Numbered from the stretch's first letter, positions 9,150 through 20,086 are shown. The stretch: DNA of 64,000 bases from Escherichia coli (GCF_030013595.1 NZ_CP122768.1); one strand, 5' to 3'. Translations and numbers: made by a program. Notes: generated by a model not told the origin, from the sequence alone.

Positions 9150-10054
9150 GATTTCGCTCCCGGTAGAGTGATGCCAGAGAAAATCTTGATAACTGCGCTA
9201 TCGTCTTCTTTCCCGTAACCCGCGTTACTGGCGCTGGTGAACATATTCAATGCTGTTGAGGCCAATGGCAGCGGGAAGTGCAGGGCTTTGGCTGTATCGG
9301 CAACCAGACCAAGATCCTTAACAAAAATATCGACGGCTGAATGCGGGGTGTAATCGCCATCCACCACATGACGCATCCGGTTTTCGAACATCCAGGAATT
9401 TCCGGCGGCATTGGTCACGACGTCATACATCACATCCAGCGGGATCCCCGCACGGGCTGCAAGTGCCATCGCTTCGGCTCCGGCAGCAATATGTACGCCC
9501 GCTAACAACTGGTGAATAATTTTTACGGTCGAACCTAGTCCCGGTTCTGCACCTATGCGATAAACTTTTCCGGCAACGGCTTCCAGCACAGGTGCCAGTC
9601 GTTCAAAGGCAATATCGCTACCGGAGGCCATGACAGTCATTTCACCGTTAGCGGCTTTTACTGCACCACCAGAAACTGGCGCATCCAGCATTTCCAGATC
9701 GAATCCAGCCAGAGCGGTAGCAATTTCTTGCGCATCAGCACTAGCGATAGTGGAAGAAACCATTACTGCCGTACCGGGTTTCAGATGTTGTGCAACGCCT
9801 GTTTCACCAAACAGCACCTGTTTAACCTGGGCCGCATTGACCACCAGCACCAGCAGAGCGTCCAGTTTTTCGGCAAACGTCGCGGCGTTATCAGAAACCC
9901 CGCAAGCACCTGCCTCTTTCAACGTAGCGCAGGCATTGCTGTTCAGGTCTGCGCCCCAGGTAGAAAGACCTGCGCGGACACATGACAGTGCTGCTCCCAT
10001 TCCCATTGACCCTAAGCCAACGATACCGACATGAAACTCAGATCCCGTTTTCAT
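9146..10054 (-). CDS. ygbJ: NAD-dependent 3-hydroxyisobutyrate-dehydrogenase-like oxidoreductase (L-threonate dehydrogenase LtnD)
   Basis: 302-aa ORF with N-terminal GxGxxG Rossmann motif (VGIVGLGSMGMG). Confidence 0.88.
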   Translation of the reverse strand: MKTGSEFHVGIVGLGSMGMGAALSCVRAGLSTWGADLNSNACATLKEAGACGVSDNAATFAEKLDALLVLVVNAAQVKQVLFGETGVAQHLKPGTAVMVSSTIASADAQEIATALAGFDLEMLDAPVSGGAVKAANGEMTVMASGSDIAFERLAPVLEAVAGKVYRIGAEPGLGSTVKIIHQLLAGVHIAAGAEAMALAARAGIPLDVMYDVVTNAAGNSWMFENRMRHVVDGDYTPHSAVDIFVKDLGLVADTAKALHFPLPLASTALNMFTSASNAGYGKEDDSAVIKIFSGITLPGAKS

Positions 10055-10249
10055 CTGCTCTCCTTGTTAATTTAAGTGATATTTTGTTTGATATTGTGAA
10101 TATAGGCGCTGGAAGATAACGATATGGTGAGCTGATTCACAAAAATTAACATTGTGTGTTATTTTATGTGAACTAAGCGTTAGTTGCGCCGCGCACGTTT
10201 CGCAGGCAAATAGCGTAGAATGTCAGCAGGACAAAGGAAGGAGCAAAAG

Positions 10250-11017
10250 TTGATACCCGTAGAGCGTCGCCAAATCATCCTTGAGATGGTAGCTGAAAAA
10301 GGCATTGTCAGTATTGCTGAACTAACGGACAGAATGAATGTGTCACATATGACCATTCGTCGGGATTTACAAAAACTGGAGCAGCAGGGAGCCGTTGTGC
10401 TGGTGTCCGGAGGCGTCCAGTCTCCGGGACGCGTGGCGCATGAACCTTCTCATCAGGTAAAAACTGCGCTGGCAATGACGCAAAAAGCGGCTATTGGCAA
10501 GCTGGCGGCAAGTCTTGTTCAGCCGGGAAGTTGTATCTATCTGGATGCGGGAACGACCACGCTAGCGATAGCACAGCATCTGATTCACATGGAGTCACTG
10601 ACTGTGGTCACAAACGATTTCGTTATTGCGGACTACTTGCTCGACAACAGTAATTGCACAATTATTCACACTGGCGGTGCAGTGTGTCGGGAAAACCGTT
10701 CCTGTGTCGGGGAAGCCGCTGCGACCATGCTGCGCAGCCTGATGATTGATCAGGCTTTTATTTCTGCATCGTCATGGAGTGTGCGGGGGATTTCTACGCC
10801 AGCGGAAGATAAAGTCACGGTGAAACGGGCGATTGCCAGTGCCAGCCGCCAGCGAGTTTTGGTCTGTGATGCGACGAAATATGGTCAGGTGGCGACATGG
10901 CTGGCGTTACCATTAAGCGAGTTTGATCAGATTATTACAGACGACGGTTTGCCGGAGAGTGCCAGTCGCGCGCTGGCGAAGCAGGATCTCTCTTTGCTGG
11001 TAGCGAAAAATGAATAA
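10250..11017 (+). CDS. ygbI: DeoR-family transcriptional regulator, divergent from ygbJ
   Basis: HTH N-terminus and DeoR sugar-binding C-terminus; start assigned to TTG 10250 (…IPVERRQ) with strong AAGGAAGGAG Shine-Dalgarno 6 nt upstream; the upstream ATG at 10220 lacks one. Confidence 0.85.
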   Translation: MIPVERRQIILEMVAEKGIVSIAELTDRMNVSHMTIRRDLQKLEQQGAVVLVSGGVQSPGRVAHEPSHQVKTALAMTQKAAIGKLAASLVQPGSCIYLDAGTTTLAIAQHLIHMESLTVVTNDFVIADYLLDNSNCTIIHTGGAVCRENRSCVGEAAATMLRSLMIDQAFISASSWSVRGISTPAEDKVTVKRAIASASRQRVLVCDATKYGQVATWLALPLSEFDQIITDDGLPESASRALAKQDLSLLVAKNE

Positions 11018-11067
11018 TGGCCTGCAATAACACCGGGTTACTCATGCTTCACAGAAGAAGCATGAGA

Positions 11068-11724
11068 CTACTTTATTTTATAAAATGACAGCCGCCCGCT
11101 TTTCGGCGATCCGGTATCAATATAAATCTGGTTTGCGAACGTCTGAATGTTATCAAACATCATATGTCCAAATATAAAATAATCAGCGCCGTTTATTTGT
11201 TGTAACTCGCCATTAAGCGATTTCTGCACACGATCAACAGGCCAGAGTAGTTCTCTCTCCGCTATTTCTTTGCCAAAGAGATATTCACTCCCCGGATAAT
11301 CTGCATGCGCGATGACATATTTTATTATGTCGTTAGTGATTTCAATAATATGTGGAAGGTGATGAAATTTCAGCAACAGATCTATTGCTTCTTGTTGTTC
11401 CGTCTCATTTAATTCAAAGAACCAGTCGCCGCCGCTGGCAAGCCACATATTGCCATCGCCGGTCGCGAACGCATCCAACGCCATCGCTTCATGGTTGCCT
11501 TTAACCGATGTAAACCAGGGCTGGTTTAGCAGGCGCAGCACGTTAAGACTCTCCGGCCCACGATCAATATTATCGCCGACAGAAATAAGTAAGTCGGTTT
11601 CAGGGCAAAAAGAGAGTTGATGTAAGCGGGATTGTAATAATTGATAGTCACCATGAATATCACCAACGGCCCATATATGGCGATAGTGATGGGCATTAAT
11701 TTTTTGATAGCGTGTAGATGGCAT
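11068..11724 (-). CDS. pphB: Serine/threonine protein phosphatase 2 (PPP-family metallophosphatase)
   Basis: 218-aa ORF with GDIHG and GNHE metallophosphatase motifs. Confidence 0.9.
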   Translation of the reverse strand: MPSTRYQKINAHHYRHIWAVGDIHGDYQLLQSRLHQLSFCPETDLLISVGDNIDRGPESLNVLRLLNQPWFTSVKGNHEAMALDAFATGDGNMWLASGGDWFFELNETEQQEAIDLLLKFHHLPHIIEITNDIIKYVIAHADYPGSEYLFGKEIAERELLWPVDRVQKSLNGELQQINGADYFIFGHMMFDNIQTFANQIYIDTGSPKSGRLSFYKIK

Positions 11725-11829
11725 GGTTTTACCCTGTAAAATAAGATTTCCTATTATACAGGGTGTTTTTATTTGATTCGTCAGTTGTCGTTAATATTCC
11801 CGATAGCAAAAGACTATCGGGAATTGTTA

Positions 11830-14391
11830 TTACACCAGACTCTTCAAGCGATAAATCCACTCCAGCGCCTGACGCGGAGTCAGTGAATCCGGGTCGAGAT
11901 TTTCCAGTGCTTCGACCGCAGGCGAAGTTTCTTCTGGCACTGACAGCAAAGACATTTGCGTACCATCCACTTGCGTAGCGGCGGCGTTCGGCGAAATGCT
12001 TTCCAGCTCACGCAGTTTTTGCCGTGCGCGCTTAATAACCTCTTTTGGCACGCCGGCCAGAGCTGCAACCGCCAGGCCGTAGCTTTTGCTCGCTGCGCCA
12101 TCCTGCACGCTGTGCATAAAGGCAATGGTGTCGCCGTGCTCCAGTGCATCGAGATGCACGTTGGCGACGCCTTCCATTTTCTCCGGTAACTGGGTCAGCT
12201 CGAAATAGTGGGTAGCAAACAACGTCAACGCTTTAATCTTATTCGCCAGATTTTCCGCGCACGCCCACGCCAGCGACAGACCATCGTAAGTGGACGTTCC
12301 ACGCCCAATCTCATCCATCAGCACCAGACTGTACTCGGTGGCGTTATGTAAAATATTGGCGGTTTCGGTCATTTCCACCATAAAGGTTGAACGCCCGGAT
12401 GCCAGATCATCCGCTGCCCCTACGCGGGTAAAGATGCGATCGATAGGTCCAATCTTGACTTTTTGTGCCGGTACATAGCTGCCGATGTAGGCCATCAGCG
12501 CAATCAGTGCGGTCTGGCGCATATAGGTACTTTTACCGCCCATATTCGGACCGGTAATGATCAACATGCGACGCTGCGGCGACAGGTTCAGCGGGTTGGC
12601 GATAAACGGCTCATTCAGCACCTGTTCAACCACCGGATGGCGGCCTTCGGTGATGCGAATACCCGGTTTATCAATAAAGGTCGGGCAGGTGTAGTTCAGC
12701 GTATAGGCCCGTTCCGCCAGGTTCACCAGCACGTCGAGTTCCGCCAGCGCGCTCGCGCTCTGTTGCAACGCTTCCAGATGCGGCAACAGCAGGTCGAACA
12801 ACTCTTCATAAAGCTGTTTTTCCAGTGCCAGTGCTTTGCCTTTTGAAGTGAGAACTTTGTCTTCGTACTCTTTTAGCTCTGGAATAATGTAGCGCTCGGC
12901 GTTTTTCAGCGTCTGGCGACGCATGTAATTGATGGGTGCCAGATGGCTTTGTCCACGGCTGATCTGAATGTAATAACCATGAACCGCGTTAAAGCCGACT
13001 TTCAGGGTGTCCAGGCCAGTACGTTCACGCTCGCGGACTTCCAGACGCTCCAGATAATCGGTCGCGCCGTCAGCCAGCGCGCGCCACTCATCCAGCTCTT
13101 CGTTATAGCCCGATGCGATAACACCACCGTCGCGTACCAGCACTGGCGGTGTGTCGATGATTGCCCGCTCCAGCAGATCGCGCAGCTCGGCAAACTCGCC
13201 CATTTTTTCACGTAGCGCCTGTACCGGAGCGCTATCGACATTTTCTAACTGCGCACGCAGCTCCGGCAGTTGCTGGAAAGCGTGACGCATACGGGCCAGA
13301 TCGCGTGGGCGAGCAGTTCGTAAAGCCAGACGCGCCAGAATACGTTCCAGGTCGCCGACCTGACGCAGCACCGGCTGTAGCTCGGCGGTGAAATCCTGCA
13401 ATGCGCCAATAGTTTGCTGGCGCTCAAGCAACACGCGGGTATCGCGCACTGGCATATGCAGCCAGCGTTTCAGCATACGACTACCCATCGGCGTTACAGT
13501 GCAGTCGAGCACTGAAGCCAGCGTGTTTTCCGCACCGCCCGCCAGGTTCTGGGTAATTTCCAGGTTACGACGCGTCGCGGCATCCATAATGATGCTGTCC
13601 TGCTCACGTTCCATAGTGATAGAACGAATATGCGGCAGAGTCGTACGTTGGGTATCTTTCGCATACTGCAACAGACAACCGGCAGCACAAAGTCCGCGCG
13701 GCGCGTTCTCGACGCCAAAACCGACCAGATCGCGGGTGCCAAATTGCAGATTCAACTGCTGGCGCGCGGTGTCGATTTCAAACTCCCACAGCGGACGACG
13801 GCGCAGACCGCGACGACCTTCAATCAGCGACATCTCAGCAAAATCTTCTGCATATAGCAGTTCCGCCGGATTAGTGCGTTGCAGTTCTGCCGCCATCGTT
13901 TCCCGGTCAGCCGGTTCGCTCAGGCGAAAACGACCGGAACTGATATCCAGCGTCGCGTAGCCGAAACCTTTACTGTCCTGCCAGATAGCCGCCAGCAGAT
14001 TGTCCTGGCGCTCTTGTAACAGGGCTTCATCGCTGATGGTGCCTGGCGTAACGATACGCACAACTTTGCGCTCAACCGGACCTTTGCTGGTCGCCGGATC
14101 GCCAATTTGTTCGCAGATGGCAACGGACTCTCCCTGATTCACCAGTTTGGCGAGATAGTTTTCCACCGCATGGTAGGGGATCCCCGCCATCGGGATCGGC
14201 TCTCCCGCTGAAGCACCGCGTTTGGTCAGTGAAATATCCAGCAGCTGCGAGGCGCGTTTCGCGTCGTCATAAAACAGTTCGTAAAAGTCACCCATCCGAT
14301 AGAACAGCAGGATCTCGGGATGCTGGGCTTTCAGCTTGAGATACTGCTGCATCATTGGCGTATGGGCATCAAAATTTTCTATTGCACTCAT
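11830..14391 (-). CDS. mutS: DNA mismatch repair protein MutS
   Basis: 853-aa [43 protein letters not shown]... with Walker [10 protein letters not shown]. Confidence 0.97.
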   Translation of the reverse strand: MSAIENFDAHTPMMQQYLKLKAQHPEILLFYRMGDFYELFYDDAKRASQLLDISLTKRGASAGEPIPMAGIPYHAVENYLAKLVNQGESVAICEQIGDPATSKGPVERKVVRIVTPGTISDEALLQERQDNLLAAIWQDSKGFGYATLDISSGRFRLSEPADRETMAAELQRTNPAELLYAEDFAEMSLIEGRRGLRRRPLWEFEIDTARQQLNLQFGTRDLVGFGVENAPRGLCAAGCLLQYAKDTQRTTLPHIRSITMEREQDSIIMDAATRRNLEITQNLAGGAENTLASVLDCTVTPMGSRMLKRWLHMPVRDTRVLLERQQTIGALQDFTAELQPVLRQVGDLERILARLALRTARPRDLARMRHAFQQLPELRAQLENVDSAPVQALREKMGEFAELRDLLERAIIDTPPVLVRDGGVIASGYNEELDEWRALADGATDYLERLEVRERERTGLDTLKVGFNAVHGYYIQISRGQSHLAPINYMRRQTLKNAERYIIPELKEYEDKVLTSKGKALALEKQLYEELFDLLLPHLEALQQSASALAELDVLVNLAERAYTLNYTCPTFIDKPGIRITEGRHPVVEQVLNEPFIANPLNLSPQRRMLIITGPNMGGKSTYMRQTALIALMAYIGSYVPAQKVKIGPIDRIFTRVGAADDLASGRSTFMVEMTETANILHNATEYSLVLMDEIGRGTSTYDGLSLAWACAENLANKIKALTLFATHYFELTQLPEKMEGVANVHLDALEHGDTIAFMHSVQDGAASKSYGLAVAALAGVPKEVIKRARQKLRELESISPNAAATQVDGTQMSLLSVPEETSPAVEALENLDPDSLTPRQALEWIYRLKSLV

Positions 14392-14637
14392 GGGGTTATG
14401 TCCGGTTCCCTGATATTAAATGGGGTGTGATGGTTTTTATTTTCGTTGTAATCACATAAGGCGCACATGATACCGGAGTTAATCATTTCAGGGGAAGAAG
14501 CGAACGGCGAGTTCTTGATGGTGATTCCGCGAAAGATGCTGTTTTGCAGCTTTTGCGTGATGCTTATGAAGCAGGTACGCAAAATTGCGTCGGTTGAATA
14601 AACCTCCTCCTTCAGAGCCATAGTCCCCTTTCAAATT

Positions 14638-14660
14638 AAGTTGTAATATAAATACACCTT
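14638..14660 (+). promoter_or_regulatory. Candidate NsrR operator upstream of ygbA (aagttgtaatataaatacacctt)
   Basis: 23-bp imperfect inverted repeat resembling the NsrR 11-1-11 consensus, 18 bp upstream of the ygbA ATG; ygbA is a known NsrR regulon member (from memory). Confidence 0.45.
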
Positions 14661-14677
14661 AAGAGTATGGAGGCAGC

Positions 14678-15022
14678 ATGTCCGGCAAGCGTATCTCTCG
14701 TGAAAAACTGACGATTAAAAAAATGATCGATCTTTATCAAGCGAAATGCCCGCAGGCGTCAGCGGAGCCGGAGCATTACGACGCGCTGTTTGCCTACGCG
14801 CAAAAGCGGCTGGATAAATGTGTGTTCGGCGAAGAGAAACCAGCCTGTAAGCAGTGTCCGGTGCACTGTTACCAGCCTGCAAAGCGTGAAGAGATGAAAC
14901 AGATTATGCGTTGGGCCGGGCCGAGAATGCTGTGGCGTCATCCGATCTTAACCGTGCGTCATCTCATCGATGACAAGCGTCCGGTGCCGGAGTTGCCAGA
15001 AAAATATCGTCCAAAGAAATAA
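14678..15022 (+). CDS. ygbA: Small Cys-containing protein YgbA (nitrosative-stress regulon member)
   Basis: 114-aa ORF MSGKRISREKLTIKKMIDLYQAKCP...; GGAGG Shine-Dalgarno upstream. Confidence 0.88.
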   Translation: MSGKRISREKLTIKKMIDLYQAKCPQASAEPEHYDALFAYAQKRLDKCVFGEEKPACKQCPVHCYQPAKREEMKQIMRWAGPRMLWRHPILTVRHLIDDKRPVPELPEKYRPKK

Positions 15023-15025
15023 ATC

Positions 15026-15050
15026 TGCCGGAGAGCCATACTCTCCGGCA
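15026..15050. terminator. Hairpin between the convergent ygbA and molbindin gene (possible bidirectional terminator)
   Basis: Stem tgccggagag/ctctccggca with 5-nt loop; flanking U-runs are weak. Confidence 0.45.
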
Positions 15051-15060
15051 AATAAGGCGT

Positions 15061-15489
15061 TTACGCTTTGGTGGCAATCAGGATGGCTGATGCTTTGATC
15101 AATGCAATAACGCGCGAGCCAGTGGTGAGTTTCATTTCATCCTGACTTTCATTTGTTACCACTGCCACAATTTCAAAACCCGCATCCGTTTTGATATGGA
15201 CAGTGGCGTTCACTGCGCCTTCGGTGATTGTCGACACGCTGCCAGCAAACTGGTTGCGAGCAGAGAATTTCAGTCCACAGTCTTCCGTTGCCAGCGTGAC
15301 CCACGGGGCTTTAATCAGGGCAATCGCTTCTTTCCCTTTTGCCAGACCCAGAGCCTGCTGGCTGCTGTGAGTCACAATTGCCACCAGCTTTGCACCACCT
15401 GCCAGCGTCAGTTCTACTTCATCATTCACAGCGCCCATTGCTACTGCGCTAACTGTTCCGGTTAATTGATTTCTTGCTGAAACTGCCAT
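15061..15489 (-). CDS. Tandem-TOBE (Mop-like) molybdate/tungstate-binding molbindin, ~142 aa
   Basis: Two internal repeats each starting SARNQ(L/F)xGxV...; start at ATG 15489 preceded by AAGGAGG; lies 44 bp downstream of the fhlA stop on the same strand. Confidence 0.75.
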   Translation of the reverse strand: MAVSARNQLTGTVSAVAMGAVNDEVELTLAGGAKLVAIVTHSSQQALGLAKGKEAIALIKAPWVTLATEDCGLKFSARNQFAGSVSTITEGAVNATVHIKTDAGFEIVAVVTNESQDEMKLTTGSRVIALIKASAILIATKA

Positions 15490-15533
15490 ACTGCCTCCTT
15501 TCATTGAATGTTGATCGAGTATAACCACATCTG

Positions 15534-17612
15534 TTAAATCAATGCCGATTTATCAATTCCCAGCCGCTTCATCCGTGACAGCAGGGTCGTGCGTTTCAGC
15601 CCCAGACGTTGCGCAGCGCCTTTAGGCCCGGCAACCACGCCGTTGGTTTCTTTCAGCACGCGCACAATCAACTGATATTCATCTTCGCCCTCCTGGGCGA
15701 CAACCGTTGCGGCAGGCGGCGTTTCAGGCTCCGGTAAAGCAATATCTGGCAATGACAGCTGCAGCACGTTGCCGCGTGTTAGCAATACTGCGCGCTCAAT
15801 GACGTTTTCCAGTTCGCGTACGTTACCCGGCCACTCCATGTTGCTCAAGGTGCGCAGCGTCTCGGCAGGAATGCTGTCGATATTGCGCCCCAGACGACGG
15901 GCAATTTTGAAGGTAAAGGCTTTCGCCAGCAGCGGAATATCTTCCGGACGCTCGCGTAGTGGCGGCAGGTGAATCGGGAATACGTTCAGGCGGTAATAGA
16001 GATCGCTACGGAACTCTCGGTCGGCGACCATTTTTTTCAGATCGCGGTTAGTTGCGGCAATTAAACGTACGTCCGTCTGAATGATTTTGTTGCTGCCGAG
16101 ACGTTCAAACTCCTGTTCCTGCAATACACGCAGCAACTTCGGCTGTAACTCCAGTGGCATATCGCCCACTTCGTCGAGGAACAGAGAGCTTTTATCCGCC
16201 AGTTCAAAACGACCAATGCGCTGGGCGCTGGCACCGGTAAAAGCCCCACGCTCATGACCAAACAGATCGCTCTCCAGCAATCCGGCAGGCATCGCCGCGC
16301 AGTTCATTTTGACCATGCGGCGATTATTACGCCCACTGAGATTATGGATAGCACGGGCAATCAGCTCTTTACCCGTGCCAGTTTCACCGAGGATCAGCAC
16401 GGTACTGTCACTTTGCGCCACCATTTCAACTTGTTTAAGCACGCTGTACATGGCTTCGCTGCGGCCAATAATCTCGCCAAATTCACTATCAACATTGTTG
16501 AGCTGCTCGGTCAGGGCGAGGTTTTCATCAACCAGCCGTTCTTTCAGACGATGGATTTCCTGATAGGCGAGGGCGTTATCGACAGCGATTGCCACACGTT
16601 CGGCAATCTGGCGCAGTAAATTCAGATTGGTAGTGGTAAAGACTTTCTCTTCGCATTGCGCCAGTTTCAGCACGCCCAGCATGGTGTCGCCAGACATCAG
16701 CGGTAACAGGCACAAGGTTTGAATCTGGTTGCCCCAGGTGTCGAACAACATGCGTTCATAGGGGGCTAAATCGTCCCGCTCGTGGAGATTAATCAACAGC
16801 ATCTCTTTACTTTTGAAGACGCGTTCGGTGAGGGTTCCGGCTTCATCGACTTCGCTCTGTTCGTGGGCGGGATGCTGTTTATCAAGATAGTGAGTGGAGT
16901 AGATGTTGAGTTTGTTTTTACGGTGGCTGCGTAAGACGATGCTGATATCGTCAATGTCGAAGTAGTAATGGATTTCTTTGGCGACTTCGCTGACCAGTTC
17001 GTCCATATCCAGGCGGGAAAGCACCGCGTTGGTAATGGCAACCAGGATGCGGAAGTTATCGCGTTCCCGGCATAACAACTCATAGTCGACATTGTTAACG
17101 ACGCGGCTCTGGATTTGTTCGGTGACGACAGAAACGATCTGCGTAAATGTTTGCAGACGATTGAACTCTTTTTCGCTCCAGGGGCGATCGTCATAACGAA
17201 TAAATTCACAGCCACCAAAAATATGCCCTTCCGCCGCCAGTGGCATCAGGCAATAGTGACCAAATTTGGGGTATAGCCCACCTGCGGCCAGCTGCGGCCA
17301 GGTTTCACAAAATTCTTCGTAACTGCAATGCAGCGTATCAGGGCGCGACAAAATGCTGCGTACCGGACCGTGTGCCAGAACAGTTTCGTCTTCATATTTA
17401 ATGGGGGTGTCTTTTTCACGCGACGCGTAATAAGACGCACGTTGAGTCTGCGCTTGCCACAACACAATAGCCGCGTTGTCGGCGAGCGCAGAACGCTTTA
17501 CCAGTAGCGAAAGAGCCTCACACAGCGAGGCCAGATCGGGCTGCTGCAATAGTGTCCGAGTGATGTCGAACAACCCTTGTTGTCCGAGATCACTCATCGG
17601 TGTATATGACAT
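15534..17612 (-). CDS. fhlA: Formate hydrogenlyase transcriptional activator FhlA (sigma-54 dependent, GAF + AAA+ + HTH)
   Basis: Translation MSYTPMSDLGQQGLFDITRTLLQQ... with GAFTGA sigma-54 interaction motif; the track start at 17648 is a 5' over-extension. Confidence 0.95.
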   Translation of the reverse strand: MSYTPMSDLGQQGLFDITRTLLQQPDLASLCEALSLLVKRSALADNAAIVLWQAQTQRASYYASREKDTPIKYEDETVLAHGPVRSILSRPDTLHCSYEEFCETWPQLAAGGLYPKFGHYCLMPLAAEGHIFGGCEFIRYDDRPWSEKEFNRLQTFTQIVSVVTEQIQSRVVNNVDYELLCRERDNFRILVAITNAVLSRLDMDELVSEVAKEIHYYFDIDDISIVLRSHRKNKLNIYSTHYLDKQHPAHEQSEVDEAGTLTERVFKSKEMLLINLHERDDLAPYERMLFDTWGNQIQTLCLLPLMSGDTMLGVLKLAQCEEKVFTTTNLNLLRQIAERVAIAVDNALAYQEIHRLKERLVDENLALTEQLNNVDSEFGEIIGRSEAMYSVLKQVEMVAQSDSTVLILGETGTGKELIARAIHNLSGRNNRRMVKMNCAAMPAGLLESDLFGHERGAFTGASAQRIGRFELADKSSLFLDEVGDMPLELQPKLLRVLQEQEFERLGSNKIIQTDVRLIAATNRDLKKMVADREFRSDLYYRLNVFPIHLPPLRERPEDIPLLAKAFTFKIARRLGRNIDSIPAETLRTLSNMEWPGNVRELENVIERAVLLTRGNVLQLSLPDIALPEPETPPAATVVAQEGEDEYQLIVRVLKETNGVVAGPKGAAQRLGLKRTTLLSRMKRLGIDKSALI

Positions 17613-17685
17613 TTTGTTCTTCCAGGAAAGCACCGCAAAGCGGTGCAAAAGGTCATTGACTAACTATAGGAGATTTAGAATTTTA

Positions 17686-18696
17686 TTAGCATATACGCGG
17701 TAACGGTTCGGCGTGTGGTAAATCGAGGGTTCGTTTCACGCCATACAGACCGGCAAGACGAACACCTTTACGTTCCACCACTTCACCAATCAGCGCCGCG
17801 TCTTTCCCCAGTGGATGGGAATGTAACGCTGCCAGCACTTGCTCTGCCGCGTTGCGTTCAACGGCGATCACCAGTTTGCCTTCGTTGGCAAAGTTAAGGG
17901 CGTCCAGTCCCAGCAGTTCGCAAACGCCGCGCACGGCTGGTTTAACCGGCAGTGCCGCTTCTGAAATTTCAATACCACAACCGCAGGCTGCCGCGAACTC
18001 ATGTACCACCGCGTTTACACCACCACGGGTGGCATCACGCAGCGCTTTCACGCTGGGAATGTCACGCAGCGTCTGAATAAGCGGCGTTAGTACCGCACAG
18101 TCGCTGACCAGTTCGCCATCCAGCCCCAGCTGCTCACGCAGGTTAAGGATAGTCGCCCCGTGATCGCCGAGCGTGCCGCTCACCAGCAATACATCGCCTG
18201 CGGTTAGCGTCTGTGCGCCCCAGTGAATATTCGCCGGAATTGCGCCCATGCCAGCGGTGTTGATAAACAGTTTATCTGCCGCGCCGCGCTGCACCACTTT
18301 AGTATCGCCAGTAACGATGGCAATGCCTGCCGCGCGGGCGGTTTCTGCCATGCTGGTCACTACGGCTTTCAGTGTCTCCATCGGCAATCCTTCTTCGAGG
18401 ATAAAGCCACAGGAGAGATAGCGTGGAATAGCGCCACTGACCGCAACGTCATTCGCGGTGCCGCAAATCGCCAGCTTGCCGATATTACCGCCAGGAAAGA
18501 ACAGCGGGTCAATGACGTAACTGTCGGTGGAGAATGCCAGACGATCGCCTTCCGCTACCAGCTGCGCCAGATCAAGACGGGCCTGATCTTCCTGTTCTGC
18601 CAGCCACGGGTTGGCAAAGGCTTCCATAAACAGGCTGTTGATTAATTGCTGCATCGCCTGGCCGCCGCTGCCGTGGGCGAGTTGGATATTATTCAC
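17686..18696 (-). CDS. hypE: Hydrogenase maturation protein HypE
   Basis: 336-aa ORF MNNIQLAHGSGG...; AIR-synthase-like fold; C-terminal ...PRIC. Confidence 0.93.
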   Translation of the reverse strand: MNNIQLAHGSGGQAMQQLINSLFMEAFANPWLAEQEDQARLDLAQLVAEGDRLAFSTDSYVIDPLFFPGGNIGKLAICGTANDVAVSGAIPRYLSCGFILEEGLPMETLKAVVTSMAETARAAGIAIVTGDTKVVQRGAADKLFINTAGMGAIPANIHWGAQTLTAGDVLLVSGTLGDHGATILNLREQLGLDGELVSDCAVLTPLIQTLRDIPSVKALRDATRGGVNAVVHEFAAACGCGIEISEAALPVKPAVRGVCELLGLDALNFANEGKLVIAVERNAAEQVLAALHSHPLGKDAALIGEVVERKGVRLAGLYGVKRTLDLPHAEPLPRIC

Positions 18697-19814
18697 GCTT
18701 CATTCTCCTGCTGACGATACTGATACCACGCGGCGCACGCTCCTTCGGAGGAGACCATCAGTGCACCAAATGCGGTTTGAGGATTACAGGTGTTACCAAA
18801 CAGCGGGCATTGATGCGGCTTACATTTGCCCGTTAATACTTCACCACAACGCGCGCGCGGGTCATCGCAGACCTGCTGCGGTGCCGGGCGGAAATGTGCT
18901 TCGGCATCGAATCGTTGATAATCCGGCGTCAGGTGCACGCCAGAAGATTCAATCACGCCTAAGCCACGCCATTCGCTGTCGCCGTTGACACAGAACACAT
19001 CAGCAATTGCCTGTTGCGCCAGCAGGTTACCGGCATCCGGCACCACCCGACGATACTGATTCTCTACCTTGCTGTGGGCCGCTATTTTCTGCTCCACCAG
19101 CATGACCACGCCTTGCAGTAGATCAAGGGGTTCGAAACCAGCGACCACCAGCGGACGATGAAAATCGCTGGCGATAAAATTATAGGCATCAGTGCCGATA
19201 ACCATACTAACGTGGCCCGGCGCGAGGAACGCGTCGATACCGTTATCCGGCTGTTCCAGCAAACTGCGCAGCGTCGGGATAAGCGTAATATGCTGGCAGA
19301 AGAAGTAAAAATTCTGCACATCGCGGGCTTTTGCCTGTTGCAGAGTGATGGCCGTCGTCGGCATGGTGGTTTCAAAACCTAAGCCGAAGAATACCACTTT
19401 ACGGGTTGGATTCTCCTGCGCCAGTTTCAACGCATCCATTGGCGAGTAAACGATGCGCACATCGGCACCGCGTGCTTTTGCCTGCAACAGCGATCCCTGT
19501 TTCCCCGGCACGCGCATGGCGTCGCCAAAGGTACAGAAGATGACTTCCGGATGGCTGGCAATCTCCACGCAGGTGTCGATTCTACCCATCGGCAGTACAC
19601 ACACCGGGCAACCGGGACCGTGGATAAACTCAACGTTTTCCGGCAGCAACTGATCGAGGCCGAATTTAAAAATGGCGTGGGTATGACCGCCACACACTTC
19701 CATAATCCGCAGAGGGCGTTCGGCGGTGTAAGAGAGATATGAAGCACGTTCGCGCAGATGCTCAATTAACTGCATCACCTGTTCCGGCGCGCGATATTCA
19801 TCAACAAAACGCAT
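18693..19814 (-). CDS. hypD: Hydrogenase maturation Fe-S protein HypD
   Basis: 373-aa ORF with CGxH and CPVC motifs; 4-bp overlap with hypE. Confidence 0.93.
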   Translation of the reverse strand: MRFVDEYRAPEQVMQLIEHLRERASYLSYTAERPLRIMEVCGGHTHAIFKFGLDQLLPENVEFIHGPGCPVCVLPMGRIDTCVEIASHPEVIFCTFGDAMRVPGKQGSLLQAKARGADVRIVYSPMDALKLAQENPTRKVVFFGLGFETTMPTTAITLQQAKARDVQNFYFFCQHITLIPTLRSLLEQPDNGIDAFLAPGHVSMVIGTDAYNFIASDFHRPLVVAGFEPLDLLQGVVMLVEQKIAAHSKVENQYRRVVPDAGNLLAQQAIADVFCVNGDSEWRGLGVIESSGVHLTPDYQRFDAEAHFRPAPQQVCDDPRARCGEVLTGKCKPHQCPLFGNTCNPQTAFGALMVSSEGACAAWYQYRQQENEA

Positions 19815-20086
19815 TATTTTTCCTCGCCATACAACAGCGCGCCGACATCTGGCTCAACGTCAAACATGTTTTGTAAGGCGTCGAGAGTGTCGCGTGCTTC
19901 GGCTTCATTAATTACGCTCATGGCAAAGCCAACGTGAACCAGTACCCACTGGCCTACGCGTGGCTGACCGTTTTCATCGCAGCTGCCGACTAACGTTAAA
20001 TCGACATCGCGCTGAATGCCGCAGACGTCGACTTTCGCCTGGTTGCCGTCAATGGTGCGGATCTGGCCGGGAACGCCTATGCACAT
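19814..20086 (-). CDS. hypC: Hydrogenase maturation chaperone HypC
   Basis: 90-aa protein starting MCIGVPGQI (conserved N-terminal Cys2); the track ORF is 5' extended. Confidence 0.92.
   Translation of the reverse strand: MCIGVPGQIRTIDGNQAKVDVCGIQRDVDLTLVGSCDENGQPRVGQWVLVHVGFAMSVINEAEARDTLDALQNMFDVEPDVGALLYGEEK

Noticed and set aside
14388-14621. 77-aa reverse-strand ORF immediately upstream of mutS
   Set aside because: Lies in the AT-rich mutS-ygbA divergent promoter region; no ribosome-binding site, and the translation has no recognisable features.
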